64,000 bases of DNA from Candidatus Bathyarchaeota archaeon. Its GTDB lineage: Archaea > Thermoproteota > Bathyarchaeia > Bathyarchaeales > Bathycorpusculaceae. Shown in pieces: positions 43,438 through 53,094 of this stretch. The notes beneath the pieces are model-generated. The model was not told where the DNA came from. It saw nothing but the letters and a program-made list of their open reading frames with translations, and ran no database searches. Numbering within the stretch: position 1 is the stretch's first letter; every line of letters begins with the position of its first letter. Position numbers and translations under genes: made by a program. Location of the stretch: positions 10 to 64,009 of the forward strand of contig JAAYYI010000033.1 of the NCBI GenBank assembly GCA_012515445.1. Direction: 5' to 3'.

Positions 43438-44346
43438 TTAGCTTTTCGGTTTTTTCTTGTAGAGTATAGCTGCTGCTGTTAGTGTTAGAAGTGCCGCTGT
43501 CAGTAGAATTGTAGCTGGGAACTCTGGAACCATATTTGTTGGTACGGGCGTAATCAACGGGGGCTGTTCAGTAGACGACTCAACGTAAAGGGTGTGCAGT
43601 ATATCGGCCACGGCGTTAACCGCCAGATTCAAGAATTCTCCGCATCTGCTACTGAAGACTGAGTTGCTCCAGTTGTAGTTGGTATCCATCCAGACACAGC
43701 CTAAATGGTTGCTGCCGCCAAAAGTTGTGTCGTAAGCTAAAGCCGCCGTGACATTATACACTGTCGTTGTGCTTAGATTGCCGTCGTAGAAGAGATAACT
43801 GTTGAAGGTGTCAGAGTAGCTGTTGGTTCTAGTGTTGACGTAGTTTTCGTAATCGCTATGATGCTGTTCTGCACCCCAAGCTGTATTTACACCCATGTTA
43901 TGCGCATAAACCGCTACGTCGGAAACGTAATGAGTCATTATTCCCGCAGTTCTGGCTGCGTTGGCATAGTCTTTACTTTTAAGGTAAGACAGTGCCTGAT
44001 TGTAGGTTTCATTTGCTCTCTTGGCTGCGGCATCATCAACTAACATTCCCTCAGTTGAGTAGTAAATATGATGCTTGGTGGTGTCGCCGATGCCCTCGAT
44101 GATATCATTGCCGTTGTCGGGTAGTTCTGTGCCCAAGAGGTAAACCACCAAGTTATCGAGAATGTACTGTTTCTCTGCTTGCGGCAGGTAATCCAGCGCG
44201 TGCTCAGCAATCCAGTCGTGGGTGCCATAATCCGGGTGCGCCAAATCCGCGGAGTAGCCGCCATTACTCCAGCACAAAGCAGGTGCTAAACCGCATAAAA
44301 GAGGAATACAACAAGTGAACACTAAAGCGGGCTTACTTATCTTCAA
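43438..44346 (-). CDS. Secreted zinc-dependent phospholipase C / S1-P1 nuclease-like protein with PEF-CTERM-like sorting signal
   Basis: 302-aa ORF with a signal peptide, W..GTHDWIAEHAL and HHIYY / HYVSD..V.AH His-rich metal motifs. The C-terminus is VPEFPATILLTAALLTLTAAAILYKKKPKS. Confidence 0.55.
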   Translation of the reverse strand: MKISKPALVFTCCIPLLCGLAPALCWSNGGYSADLAHPDYGTHDWIAEHALDYLPQAEKQYILDNLVVYLLGTELPDNGNDIIEGIGDTTKHHIYYSTEGMLVDDAAAKRANETYNQALSYLKSKDYANAARTAGIMTHYVSDVAVYAHNMGVNTAWGAEQHHSDYENYVNTRTNSYSDTFNSYLFYDGNLSTTTVYNVTAALAYDTTFGGSNHLGCVWMDTNYNWSNSVFSSRCGEFLNLAVNAVADILHTLYVESSTEQPPLITPVPTNMVPEFPATILLTAALLTLTAAAILYKKKPKS

Positions 44347-44464
44347 CTGGTCTGATTCACACTCAAGCCTGATATACTTTCAGGACGCTTTTAATGCTTC
44401 GCAAGACAGGCGGTGAATTTAGATTAACAAATATTAAAAACACGGTTTTACTTCCTATTAATCG

Positions 44465-44848
44465 ATGATTATCTTGAAGTACGATATCCTATACACAGAC
44501 GGCAATGGGATTTCACATTTTAGAGCCGCAAACTTCTCTTTCACGGATACAAACTTTGCGCCGCCTGCCCCGCCGGTTGGGCTCTCGGAATTCATAGACA
44601 CAGGAAAAATGGTTTTCTTCAGTATACCCAAGGGCTGGTTCGGTGACTGGCACCCAGCGCCCATGAAGCAGTTCTTCTGTTGCCTCAATGGCGAAATAGA
44701 GATAGTGTCAGGCGACGGTGAGAAGCGGCGTTTCCGCGAAGGGAACGTTTTCCTGCTTGAGGATACGTCTGGGCAGGGGCACACAACCCGCGTAGTTGGC
44801 GACGAGGCGTTTGTTGCTGCCGTTGTGCAACTAGCAAATCAGAAGTAG
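44465..44848 (+). CDS. Cupin-like small protein
   Basis: 127-aa ORF with a beta-rich pattern (G..H..P..Q.F..L.GE.E....GE...F..G) compatible with the cupin fold. The assignment is weak. Confidence 0.45.
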   Translation: MIILKYDILYTDGNGISHFRAANFSFTDTNFAPPAPPVGLSEFIDTGKMVFFSIPKGWFGDWHPAPMKQFFCCLNGEIEIVSGDGEKRRFREGNVFLLEDTSGQGHTTRVVGDEAFVAAVVQLANQK

Positions 44849-44926
44849 CCCCTGTCTACCTGTTTCTACTTTGATATGGGAATCTGTTTTTTAATCCCCA
44901 AGCCCTCTTCTATGTAGGGAATAGAT

Positions 44927-45280
44927 GTGACTGTTTTTGTAGTCAGAACATACACCGTTAAACCGGACAAGCTAGCTGATCATAAGATATGGGGCAAGAA
45001 GCTGGTTGCGCTCTTAAAGAAGAAGCCTGGGCTCTTCAGCAGCGTGCAGGGCATGCGGGTGTTAAGCCACAAATACGGCGGGCAAGTTGGTGGCTTCACG
45101 GCAATGTGGAAGTTTAACAGCCTACAGGACGCTGAAGAGTGGGAAAACGGTTTCACCGTAGTCAAAGAGGAAGTGACGCTGCGCCAAGAGTTTCTCGAAC
45201 TCATTGTGCCCGGTTCATATCGCCAAGAGATTTGGGAACCTGTGCGAACCATAAACCGTCGAAAACAGAAAACCAAGTAG
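44927..45280 (+). CDS. Hypothetical protein (possible ferredoxin-like Dabb/NIPSNAP-type fold)
   Basis: 117-aa ORF starting at GTG. Codon usage resembles the neighbours. No diagnostic motif. Confidence 0.35.
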   Translation: MTVFVVRTYTVKPDKLADHKIWGKKLVALLKKKPGLFSSVQGMRVLSHKYGGQVGGFTAMWKFNSLQDAEEWENGFTVVKEEVTLRQEFLELIVPGSYRQEIWEPVRTINRRKQKTK

Positions 45281-45326
45281 GCGCCTCTCCAACATAATGG
45301 GATACTAATAGAAACTAATTGCAATA

Positions 45327-45387
45327 CCTATAGAGGGGGTACCTTTTTTGTTAGTAGGGAGGGAGGTACTTTTGAGTAGGATAGGTC
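45327..45387. repeat. Mosaic repeat, copy E (reverse orientation, degenerate)
   Basis: The reverse complement GACCTATCCTACTCAAAAGTACCTCCCTCCCTAC...GGTACCCCCTCTATAGG matches the TAGACCTACCC..CTCAG..TACCTCCCC core. Confidence 0.55.
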
Positions 45388-45452
45388 AACGCTTTTTCCC
45401 GTCGAAAGGTTCATTACATTAACCAGTGCACAAGCATAATTGTAGTGATCTT

Positions 45453-46214
45453 ATGCCGTTAGCATTTATTATCGGAACCGCAGGAAGCGGAAAATCTCAC
45501 TTCACAGCAGCATTCGCGGAATGGCTAAAAATGAGCAAGCAGGACGTGGCAATCGTTAACCTTGACCCCGGCGCGCTTAAGCTGCCTTACCAGCCCGACG
45601 TGGACGTTCGCAACTACGTGGACGTCGGTGACTTGATGGAGAAGTACAACTTGGGCCCCAACGGTGCCTTGATTATGGCTGCGGATTTGATCGCTGACGA
45701 AATAGAGAACTTAACACGCGACATAGAGGAAGCCCACGCTGACCTCGTACTGGTCGATACGCCGGGGCAAATGGAACTCTTCGCCTTCCGTGCCTCTGGA
45801 CCCTACATCGTAAACGAGTTAACCAAGGAACCGAAAGCACTGCTCTACCTCTTCGACGCAGTATTCAGCGTGAACCCATTTAACTATGTTTCAAACATGT
45901 TCCTCTCAGCGGCAGTGTACAACCGCTTCTTCCAGCCACAGATTCACATCCTCTCAAAAACCGATTTAATCCCCAAAAAGGACGTGCATGAAATCGCGTC
46001 ATGGTCAGCTAACCCGATGGCGCTCGAAGACGCCCTGCAGACGAAACTTGAAGATTCAAAACGGATATTCAGCCACAACATGATGCAAGCCATCAACAAG
46101 CTCGGCATGAAATTCCTACTGATGCCTTCATCGTCTAAAACAAACGAGGGCATGGTAAACATCAACGCAACCCTTGAGCGACTATTGAATTACGGAGAAA
46201 AATACACAACCTAA
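45453..46214 (+). CDS. GPN-loop GTPase
   Basis: ATG 45453 gives MPLAFIIGTAGSGKS (P-loop). Other motifs are NLDPGA, LGPNGA (GPN) and DTPGQMELF. Confidence 0.85.
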   Translation: MPLAFIIGTAGSGKSHFTAAFAEWLKMSKQDVAIVNLDPGALKLPYQPDVDVRNYVDVGDLMEKYNLGPNGALIMAADLIADEIENLTRDIEEAHADLVLVDTPGQMELFAFRASGPYIVNELTKEPKALLYLFDAVFSVNPFNYVSNMFLSAAVYNRFFQPQIHILSKTDLIPKKDVHEIASWSANPMALEDALQTKLEDSKRIFSHNMMQAINKLGMKFLLMPSSSKTNEGMVNINATLERLLNYGEKYTT

Positions 46215-46837
46215 GCGTTGAGGAGCGACCAGCTGGCTGCGAAAGCGCCGCGTTTCGCCCTAAGAGGTGACTCCGCTGACGCTACTACGATGGCGTCGTT
46301 TTCCTTGGGCTGCAGCTGCTCCAGCATCTGCCTAGTGGTTTTCGGGTACTGCTTTTCCATGTCCTCTATAACTGATTCAATCCTTAAGTGCCCGTTGTGG
46401 TAAACCATAACGAAAGCTTTGTGTGCGCCGGCAATAATCGCTGCGTCACGCTGGTTAATGCCTGAGCCGACTTTTTCGCCGCAGTTCCTAACTAGAAAGG
46501 CATAGTTGTACTCGTTGGGGTTTAACTCTGACTTGCCGAAGTCTATCTCTTTGGGGAAGGCTTCCTCGAATTGCCCCCAGATGTCTCTTCCTTTCTCTGT
46601 TAACTCGCATCCTGACTTTGATATCTCTATGAGGTCAGCTTCGCGGAGGCGGCTGATGATGGTTCGTATTGCGCCGTCGCCGACGCCGAGCAACTCAGCA
46701 AGTTTGGTTCTGCCGATGGGTTTCTGTGATAGAAGCTGCAGTGCATAGAACACATGGAAAACTGTGAAGCTCGTTGAGGGACCGGGCGCTTTTTTCCCCG
46801 CTAATTGCTGGATAAACTTCTTCAACGATGCTGCCAT
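46211..46837 (-). CDS. Winged-helix transcriptional regulator with C-terminal DUF4443-like domain
   Basis: About 208 aa from ATG 46837. The HTH segment is IGRTKLAELLGVGDGAIRTIISRLREADLIE. Confidence 0.5.
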   Translation of the reverse strand: MAASLKKFIQQLAGKKAPGPSTSFTVFHVFYALQLLSQKPIGRTKLAELLGVGDGAIRTIISRLREADLIEISKSGCELTEKGRDIWGQFEEAFPKEIDFGKSELNPNEYNYAFLVRNCGEKVGSGINQRDAAIIAGAHKAFVMVYHNGHLRIESVIEDMEKQYPKTTRQMLEQLQPKENDAIVVASAESPLRAKRGAFAASWSLLNA

Positions 46838-46876
46838 GTGTACGTCCACCTGTGATATGTAGCATTGATTGGGTAC

Positions 46877-47293
46877 TTATAACTTATCGAAGCTTCGGCT
46901 GCCGCCGAATTTGTAAGCTACCGCTGAAATCTCAACGAGTGCTCCTGATTTGAGTTCGCAGGCAACTGTCGCTCGGGCAGGCGGCGCTTCTGGGAAATAC
47001 TTTTCGTATTCCCTGTTGAAGTCACCGAATAGAGTCATGGATGAGAGGTAAACGGTTGTTTGAACGATGTCTTTTAGGCTATAGTTGGCGGCGGATAGTA
47101 TGGCTTGAATGTTCTCCATTACCTGTTTTGTCTGCTGGGTGATGTCTGCTTCTATCAGCTGGTTGATTTTGGGATTTATGGCGAGTTGCCCCGAGATATA
47201 GAGGGTGCCTGCTGCTTGGATTGCTTGACTGTAGGGTCCCACTGGTTTAGGCGTGTTTGGGCTTGTGATAACTTGCTTCATAACGCTCAACAT
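46877..47293 (-). CDS. RidA/YjgF-family enamine/imine deaminase
   Basis: 138-aa ORF with PKPVGPYSQAI..G.LYISGQ and ARATV....L..GALVEI motifs. Confidence 0.85.
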   Translation of the reverse strand: MLSVMKQVITSPNTPKPVGPYSQAIQAAGTLYISGQLAINPKINQLIEADITQQTKQVMENIQAILSAANYSLKDIVQTTVYLSSMTLFGDFNREYEKYFPEAPPARATVACELKSGALVEISAVAYKFGGSRSFDKL

Positions 47294-47441
47294 GTTTTCT
47301 GTGCTGTTCTGCGCTTAAAACCCTTATGTAGCAGGCGAATAGCTCACCCATCCGATATTCCGTTTGGAATATTTTATTCAGAAAGCCATATAAGAAAACC
47401 GGCAGGTAAGCTATACTACTTCATCAACGGAAGAGAACACT

Positions 47442-48620
47442 ATGAATCGAACAGGCAAATATTTGTTCACATCCGAATCCGTCGGAGAAGGTCACCCAGA
47501 CAAAGTAGCAGACCAAATCTCTGACAGCGTCCTAGACGCAATCTTCAGCCAGGATCCAAAGGCACACGTTGACTGCGAAACCCTCGTCATGCAGGGCACA
47601 GTCATGATCACTGGCCAAATCACCACAAAAGCAAGCATAAACATCCCAAACATCGTCCGAGGCACCCTAAAAGACATAGGCTTCGACAACGCCAAAGACG
47701 GCTTAGACTGGGAAACATGCGGTATCCTAGTCTCACTAACTGAGCAATCCCCAGACATCGCTATGGGTGTACAGGAATCTAACGGTAAAGAGCAGGGAGC
47801 AGGCGACCAAGGAATGGTTTTCGGTTACGCCTCAAACGAAACCAAGGAACTGATGCCGCTGCCAATCTTGCTTGCTCACAGACTCGTAAAACGCTTAGCC
47901 ACCGTCCGCCACGATGGTACAATGCCATACTTGCGCCCAGACTGCAAATCCCAAGTAACAGTCGAATACGAAAACGGCAAACCAAAATGCGTCAAAACAG
48001 TCGTCATCGCAGCTCAGAACAACGGCTCAGTTGAAGACTCAGTTCTCAAAAAGCAAATCATCGACCAAGTCATCAAAAAAATAATCCCCGCCAACATGCT
48101 TGCGGCAGACGTGAACTACGTCATTAACGGCACAGGCCGCTTCGTCATCGGCGGAACACTAGCAGACTCCGGCTTAACCGGTCGCAAAATCATCGTTGAC
48201 ACATACGGCGGTGTAGGCGCTCACGGCGGCGGATGCTTCAGCGGCAAAGACCCCTCAAAAGTGGACCGCAGCGGATGCTACATGGCACGCTACATCGCAA
48301 AGAACATTGTTGCAGCCGGCTTAGCAGATCAATGCCAAGTCCAAATCAGCTACGCCATCGGCGTCGCCAAACCAATCAGCGTACTAGTCGATACTAATGG
48401 CACTGGCAAAATCCCAGACGAGCAAATCCTCGACTTGGTCCAGAAGAACTTTGACATGACTCCATACGGTATCATCACAACACTCAACCTAAGAAGACCA
48501 ATCTACAAGAAAACCGCAGCTTTCGGTCACTTCGGCCGCGACGATGTCGAGTTCCCGTGGGAACGCTGTGACAAAGCAGAGATTCTCAAGAAAGCAGCAG
48601 CTGAATACAAGAAAGCATAA
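47442..48620 (+). CDS. metK: S-adenosylmethionine synthetase, bacterial/eukaryotic MetK type
   Basis: 392-aa [35 protein letters not shown] and [17 protein letters not shown] are near-identical to the bacterial MetK signatures. Confidence 0.95.
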   Translation: MNRTGKYLFTSESVGEGHPDKVADQISDSVLDAIFSQDPKAHVDCETLVMQGTVMITGQITTKASINIPNIVRGTLKDIGFDNAKDGLDWETCGILVSLTEQSPDIAMGVQESNGKEQGAGDQGMVFGYASNETKELMPLPILLAHRLVKRLATVRHDGTMPYLRPDCKSQVTVEYENGKPKCVKTVVIAAQNNGSVEDSVLKKQIIDQVIKKIIPANMLAADVNYVINGTGRFVIGGTLADSGLTGRKIIVDTYGGVGAHGGGCFSGKDPSKVDRSGCYMARYIAKNIVAAGLADQCQVQISYAIGVAKPISVLVDTNGTGKIPDEQILDLVQKNFDMTPYGIITTLNLRRPIYKKTAAFGHFGRDDVEFPWERCDKAEILKKAAAEYKKA

Positions 48621-48736
48621 GCTTTCTTTTTCTCCTTGTTAAGAAGAAGAAAAAAAGTTACGGCAAGCATATTTTTTCTTCTTACATATTTCAGAGGTAT
48701 TTTTTCTACTTTTTTTAAAAATACTATGAAGGTTTT

Positions 48737-49000
48737 TTATGGTACTCCGTTTGAGTTTTTAGTCATAAGATTAACAGCGTACACTTCAGCTTTAGCCTTA
48801 GTTGGGAACTCAGGTGAAACCACTCTACAGTCTTTCTCTTCTTCAGGCCGTGGCCCAACAAAAACCAGAACATGAAAGCATTGGCCATACTGTTTCTGTG
48901 CTACAATAAGTGTTTGGCCAGTGGCTTCGTTGAAGTAGCCGCATTCATGTTTGAGTATCTTCCAACCTTTAATATCCTTGATTTTTCTTCCCACCTGCAC
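48737..49000 (-). CDS. Hypothetical small protein
   Basis: 87-aa ORF with ordinary composition and no recognisable motif. Confidence 0.3.
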   Translation of the reverse strand: MQVGRKIKDIKGWKILKHECGYFNEATGQTLIVAQKQYGQCFHVLVFVGPRPEEEKDCRVVSPEFPTKAKAEVYAVNLMTKNSNGVP

Positions 49001-49061
49001 CTGTAATTAGATTATGGGCAAAAAAGCCCTACCGGTTTGATACCGAATTAATTGCGGGTTA

Positions 49062-49340
49062 TTAGTTTAATAGTTTAACGACTGTGCCTATTGCTTGGCC
49101 GGGAACTCCATGGTTGAATCTTACTCTAACCATGCCGTTTTTACCATGAAGGCTTATGACGTGTCCAAGCATCAGACTTTTTCCTGATTTCCAAGCTACT
49201 TTTTGCCCCACTAACTTGCCTGCAACAGATGAGGAAGTTATGCCTTGGAATTCTATCAAGCAAACGTTTGGTGTTTGAGATTTATTGCCTACTTGGTAAT
49301 TTGTTATTCTTCCGTAAGTTTTCTGTGACAAATTGTTCAC
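49062..49340 (-). CDS. rpl35ae: Ribosomal protein L35Ae (eL33)
   Basis: 92-aa ORF with the pattern GRI..Y..G...Q.....LIEF.G......A..L.G..V.W.....GHV...HG.NG.VRVRF..G.PGQA.G. Confidence 0.8.
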   Translation of the reverse strand: MNNLSQKTYGRITNYQVGNKSQTPNVCLIEFQGITSSSVAGKLVGQKVAWKSGKSLMLGHVISLHGKNGMVRVRFNHGVPGQAIGTVVKLLN

Positions 49341-49479
49341 CTTAAAGTGCTTCTTACTGGGTTTGCCCGCTTTTAAATGTGCTCTAGACTTTGTTTAATT
49401 CTCAAACGCAATATTTTACGGTATACTTTAGAAAGCGAGTTTTAAAAGAAATCCTTACTTGGATTTTGAGTGCTGCTAA

Positions 49480-50634
49480 CTACACTGCAGGCGCTATATC
49501 TGGCGCCGCGCTTGACATAGACTGCCATCGGCGCCGATTTACCTTCACAAACAAAGTAACTATAAGCGCAACCAACACAGCTCCTGCAACTACAAACGCA
49601 ATAACATAAAGGGGCAGAATCCACACTGTCGCTAGATTACTTACTGAACCATTCAATTCCTCGTTGCCTAACCAGCTTGCCTGCACATCCATCGATCCTG
49701 ACGTCTGAATCATCCAGTCAAAACTGAAACGCCCATCAGTGCCGGTTTGGGCTGAGCCAATTGTGAACCATTCTCCTGCGTTGCTTCGGGCTCGTAGGGT
49801 AATGTTCTCGCCTGTCTGATGCGGAAGTATCTGCCCAGTTATGGTTACATTACCGTTCTGCAGGATAAAGGGCGAAGACATAGCTAACGTTAGAGTGCTT
49901 GGGTCCAGTTCGTGCAATGAAGCGCCCACTTGACCAGGTGCCGTATTCTGCATATAAGTTGGCCCCACAACCTGCACAGAGATGTTTTGGTAACTGCTTG
50001 GGCACTCGCCGACTCGCCAGCCATTTCGCCAGGAGCCGCCTGTGCATTCTGCTATGTAGTAAGTGGCGTTCTGGTAGGTGACGCTGTAAACGCCGTTTCT
50101 TGCATCCGTAGGTTGATAGCCGACGTCCACTGCGAGTTGCATGTGCCGCTGTTGCTGATAATATAAGAGCACCACTGGGACGCCGCCAGCCTCCAAAATC
50201 GAACCTGCTATAAACGCGAATAAGTCGCAGTCGCCAACTCCCTCAAACAGTGTTTCAGCGGGGTACTTGACTGCCTCTGATTCTTCATAGGTTATCTGGT
50301 GGACGATTTGAAGTACGCCGTTTGTGAAGTCCTCGGTGTTGTTATAAATCTGCCAGAGTTTGTCAGCGACAGGCTTCATTGTGTAGGGTGTGATGAACTG
50401 TGAAAGATGCTGTGCGGTGAAGACAAAGTGGTTCTGCTGCATGTAGTACTGGTAGAGACTGTAGGGCACTATTAAGTTGAGTTGGTAGGATGTTGAGCTG
50501 CCGGGATATTCTGATACCAGAAAAGATAGTTCAGTATCCTGTGTTTCGCTCTCGGTTCTGCCAACAGGAACTAACGATAAGACGATTACCAATAGTGCAG
50601 ATAGGCAGAGCGCTTTTAGGTACACAGCTTTCAT
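49480..50634 (-). CDS. Membrane-anchored extracellular protein with transglutaminase-like Cys-protease core
   Basis: 384-aa ORF with a signal peptide. GVGDCDLFAFIAGSILEAGGVPV fits the G.C..FA.....L.A.G.P signature. A later beta-rich domain is followed by a C-terminal TM helix plus RRR. Confidence 0.5.
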   Translation of the reverse strand: MKAVYLKALCLSALLVIVLSLVPVGRTESETQDTELSFLVSEYPGSSTSYQLNLIVPYSLYQYYMQQNHFVFTAQHLSQFITPYTMKPVADKLWQIYNNTEDFTNGVLQIVHQITYEESEAVKYPAETLFEGVGDCDLFAFIAGSILEAGGVPVVLLYYQQQRHMQLAVDVGYQPTDARNGVYSVTYQNATYYIAECTGGSWRNGWRVGECPSSYQNISVQVVGPTYMQNTAPGQVGASLHELDPSTLTLAMSSPFILQNGNVTITGQILPHQTGENITLRARSNAGEWFTIGSAQTGTDGRFSFDWMIQTSGSMDVQASWLGNEELNGSVSNLATVWILPLYVIAFVVAGAVLVALIVTLFVKVNRRRWQSMSSAAPDIAPAV

Positions 50635-50705
50635 ATTGGAGAATACCCGCCGAATGTTTCCTCCAATTGATTTGATTCCTTAAATGGTTATTCCCAAAAC
50701 TGCAT

Positions 50706-51527
50706 CTACAGCGCTTTATCCTGTACTGATGCACCCGACTGTCTAATCAGCGTTGCAAGTTCATCTACGGCTTCAGCAAGCAACCTTTCAGGTTCAGCTA
50801 CCTGCGTGGCAACCATCGTAAGATGCAGTTCCACGAGGGGTCCATTATTAGAAGTAAGCGGATGTGACTTGATATATACCCCCTCGCAGTCAGTCATCAC
50901 CTTGTCAATTAGAGGTGCTAACCGTGATTCACCGATACCTTCTACAAAGAGGCTTCGCTGGCAAAAAGCGCAACCGCCAACAGCCTTCTTGATTTCCAGT
51001 GCAATGGTTTGAGTAAAAATCGCCTCCATCTCTCTGGGTACACCGGGCAACGAAAACAGGGTTGTGGAGCCGACTTCCACTCGGAGGCCTGGCGCTGTCC
51101 CAATCGGGTTGTCGACTGGCTCTGTGTTTTCAGGGAAAGTAGCCATCTTTACCCGTGGCGGCGTCATCTCCATGTCAACTGGGAGTTGGTGCTTTGTAAA
51201 ATATTCAACCATTCTAGCTTTAACCATTTCGAGTGCCTCTTGGTTAATGACGAGTTTCTGGTTTAGTGCCGCCGCGATGCCTTGGAAGGTTTTATCATCG
51301 AATGTTGGGCCTAAACCGCCCGTGAGTATTAGGAATCTGGGTTTACGAGCTATGGCTTCGTTTATTGTTTGTGCGACTTCTTCAACTATATCCTGAACTA
51401 CGGTTACTCGTTTTACGTTAGCTCCTAATGCGGTTGCTTGTGCCCCGAGCCAGCATGCGTTTGTATCCTGAATTTTACCGATAAGTAACTCGTTGCCTAT
51501 GCAGATGATTTCTATTTCCACAGCCAA
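50706..51527 (-). CDS. CinA-like MoCF-biosynthesis (MoaB/Mog fold) domain protein
   Basis: 273-aa ORF with IICIGNELLIGKIQDTN and ILTGGLGPTFDDKT. Confidence 0.75.
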   Translation of the reverse strand: MAVEIEIICIGNELLIGKIQDTNACWLGAQATALGANVKRVTVVQDIVEEVAQTINEAIARKPRFLILTGGLGPTFDDKTFQGIAAALNQKLVINQEALEMVKARMVEYFTKHQLPVDMEMTPPRVKMATFPENTEPVDNPIGTAPGLRVEVGSTTLFSLPGVPREMEAIFTQTIALEIKKAVGGCAFCQRSLFVEGIGESRLAPLIDKVMTDCEGVYIKSHPLTSNNGPLVELHLTMVATQVAEPERLLAEAVDELATLIRQSGASVQDKAL

Positions 51528-51646
51528 GAGGATTACCCTACAGTTGGGATGGTGAGGATTGCTTTAATACAGTTTCTATGAAAAAGGCATGATTGGATTC
51601 ATGGTCAAAGCTAAGAAAATGTATAGCGCCGCTTTCTAGGCGGGGT

Positions 51647-51847
51647 CTACTTTTTACTGAGATACCACTTAAGGTACTCTTTTCGGCGGGCTGCTTTCGC
51701 GTCTTCGTCATCGAAGTTCTGGCGCTTGTCATGTTCGTCGTTGAGTTCCTGCCCTGTACAGTATAAACCACAGCTCTTGCAGCAATACTTCTTGGTTAAG
51801 GAGATGTAAGTCATTTCTCCGCCGCATTCAGGACAATAATTTACCAT
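51647..51847 (-). CDS. Zinc-ribbon small protein
   Basis: 66-aa ORF with CPECG...CCKSCG and a basic C-terminal tail. Confidence 0.5.
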   Translation of the reverse strand: MVNYCPECGGEMTYISLTKKYCCKSCGLYCTGQELNDEHDKRQNFDDEDAKAARRKEYLKWYLSKK

Positions 51848-51944
51848 GTTTTGATGCCCTTTTTTGGTTTTATATTTATTCGCGGCTGGGCAGATATTAG
51901 TCTTCGCATTAAAAAAGTAATAAAGTTGCCCTAAAAATAGGGGG

Positions 51945-52988
51945 TTATACGTGGCGGTAGATTTTGTCGTTGCTGTACTGACCGGATTCCATTTCCTGTT
52001 CGATCTCTCTTAGCAGCAAGATCCGCTTGAACGTAGCTGGGTGAGTTGAGAAGAGGCTGTTTGCCTGCTGCCATGTGGATTTTGCTTCTTTTTCCATCGC
52101 CAACTCGAGTTCGCGTTCGTCCAAGACGCCGTCGTTGTCTAAGTCGTATCTGTTTTTGTTATCCATTATTGAGGCGATTTCCTGTTTAGCCATGCCTGGG
52201 TCAGAGATGTAAAATGAGCGGGCGCTGGAGTTAGTTTTTGGTGCTATGGATAGGCCGTAGGTTATTTTTGCCAGTGCACTTGAGAGTGAGCGGGGTGAGC
52301 CAGTTTCGTACGCTGAGAAGGCGTCCGCATAGTGCTCACGCAGTCTGCTTAAGCGCATGACTATGATGAATGTTAGGATGTAAATTGCGTATGAGATGAC
52401 GCCGATTACCAGCAGGATGGCGCCGGAGTTGTCTTTATCTCGTCTGCCTCTTCCGCTGAATGCACCGGCATAAAGTGTAACCTGTGCAATGTAGTATGAG
52501 ATTAGCGGCAAACAGGATAGAACGGTCATTACGATGTAGTCTTTGTGCTTCACGTGTCCTAGCTCGTGGGCGATGACTGCCCTGACTTCTGATTGGTTTA
52601 GCTGCCGAAGTAGCCCTTCATGGACGGCTAGCACGGCGCTACCTTGTGTTCTGCCAAACGTGAACGCGTTAGGAGTATTGCTTGGCACCGTTGCTAACCG
52701 CGGCATGGGTAAGCCCGCTTTGTCTGCAAGCTCTTTAACGGTGTTTTCAAGCCATGGGTTTTCGCCGGGTTTGAGGTAATTCAGGTGGGTGGTCCACGCT
52801 ACGATGGATGGGCCGACCGCATACTGGAACAAAATGAAAAGGGCAGAAGCGCCTATAGCAATCGCTAAACCCGCAAATACGTCCAACTCTAAGAAGATGA
52901 CTATTGCAAAGATGAGAAGCGAGAATATGAATGCTGATAAGAATATGGATGTGGCCATTGCGAATTTGAGTTGTGATAGATTAGCCAA
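51945..52988 (-). CDS. htpX: M48-family zinc metalloprotease HtpX-like
   Basis: 347-aa ORF with N-terminal TM helices, HELGHVKHKD (HExxH) and further TM helices. Confidence 0.85.
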   Translation of the reverse strand: MANLSQLKFAMATSIFLSAFIFSLLIFAIVIFLELDVFAGLAIAIGASALFILFQYAVGPSIVAWTTHLNYLKPGENPWLENTVKELADKAGLPMPRLATVPSNTPNAFTFGRTQGSAVLAVHEGLLRQLNQSEVRAVIAHELGHVKHKDYIVMTVLSCLPLISYYIAQVTLYAGAFSGRGRRDKDNSGAILLVIGVISYAIYILTFIIVMRLSRLREHYADAFSAYETGSPRSLSSALAKITYGLSIAPKTNSSARSFYISDPGMAKQEIASIMDNKNRYDLDNDGVLDERELELAMEKEAKSTWQQANSLFSTHPATFKRILLLREIEQEMESGQYSNDKIYRHV

Positions 52989-53094
52989 GCATTAAGCCTC
53001 TCATTAGACTGTTTTCAGTAACGCCTAAAGGAATTAAGGCTTTTCCCAAAAAGGAAGAATAGAATAACGATTTAAAAAAAGGAAAAAGAAAGGA

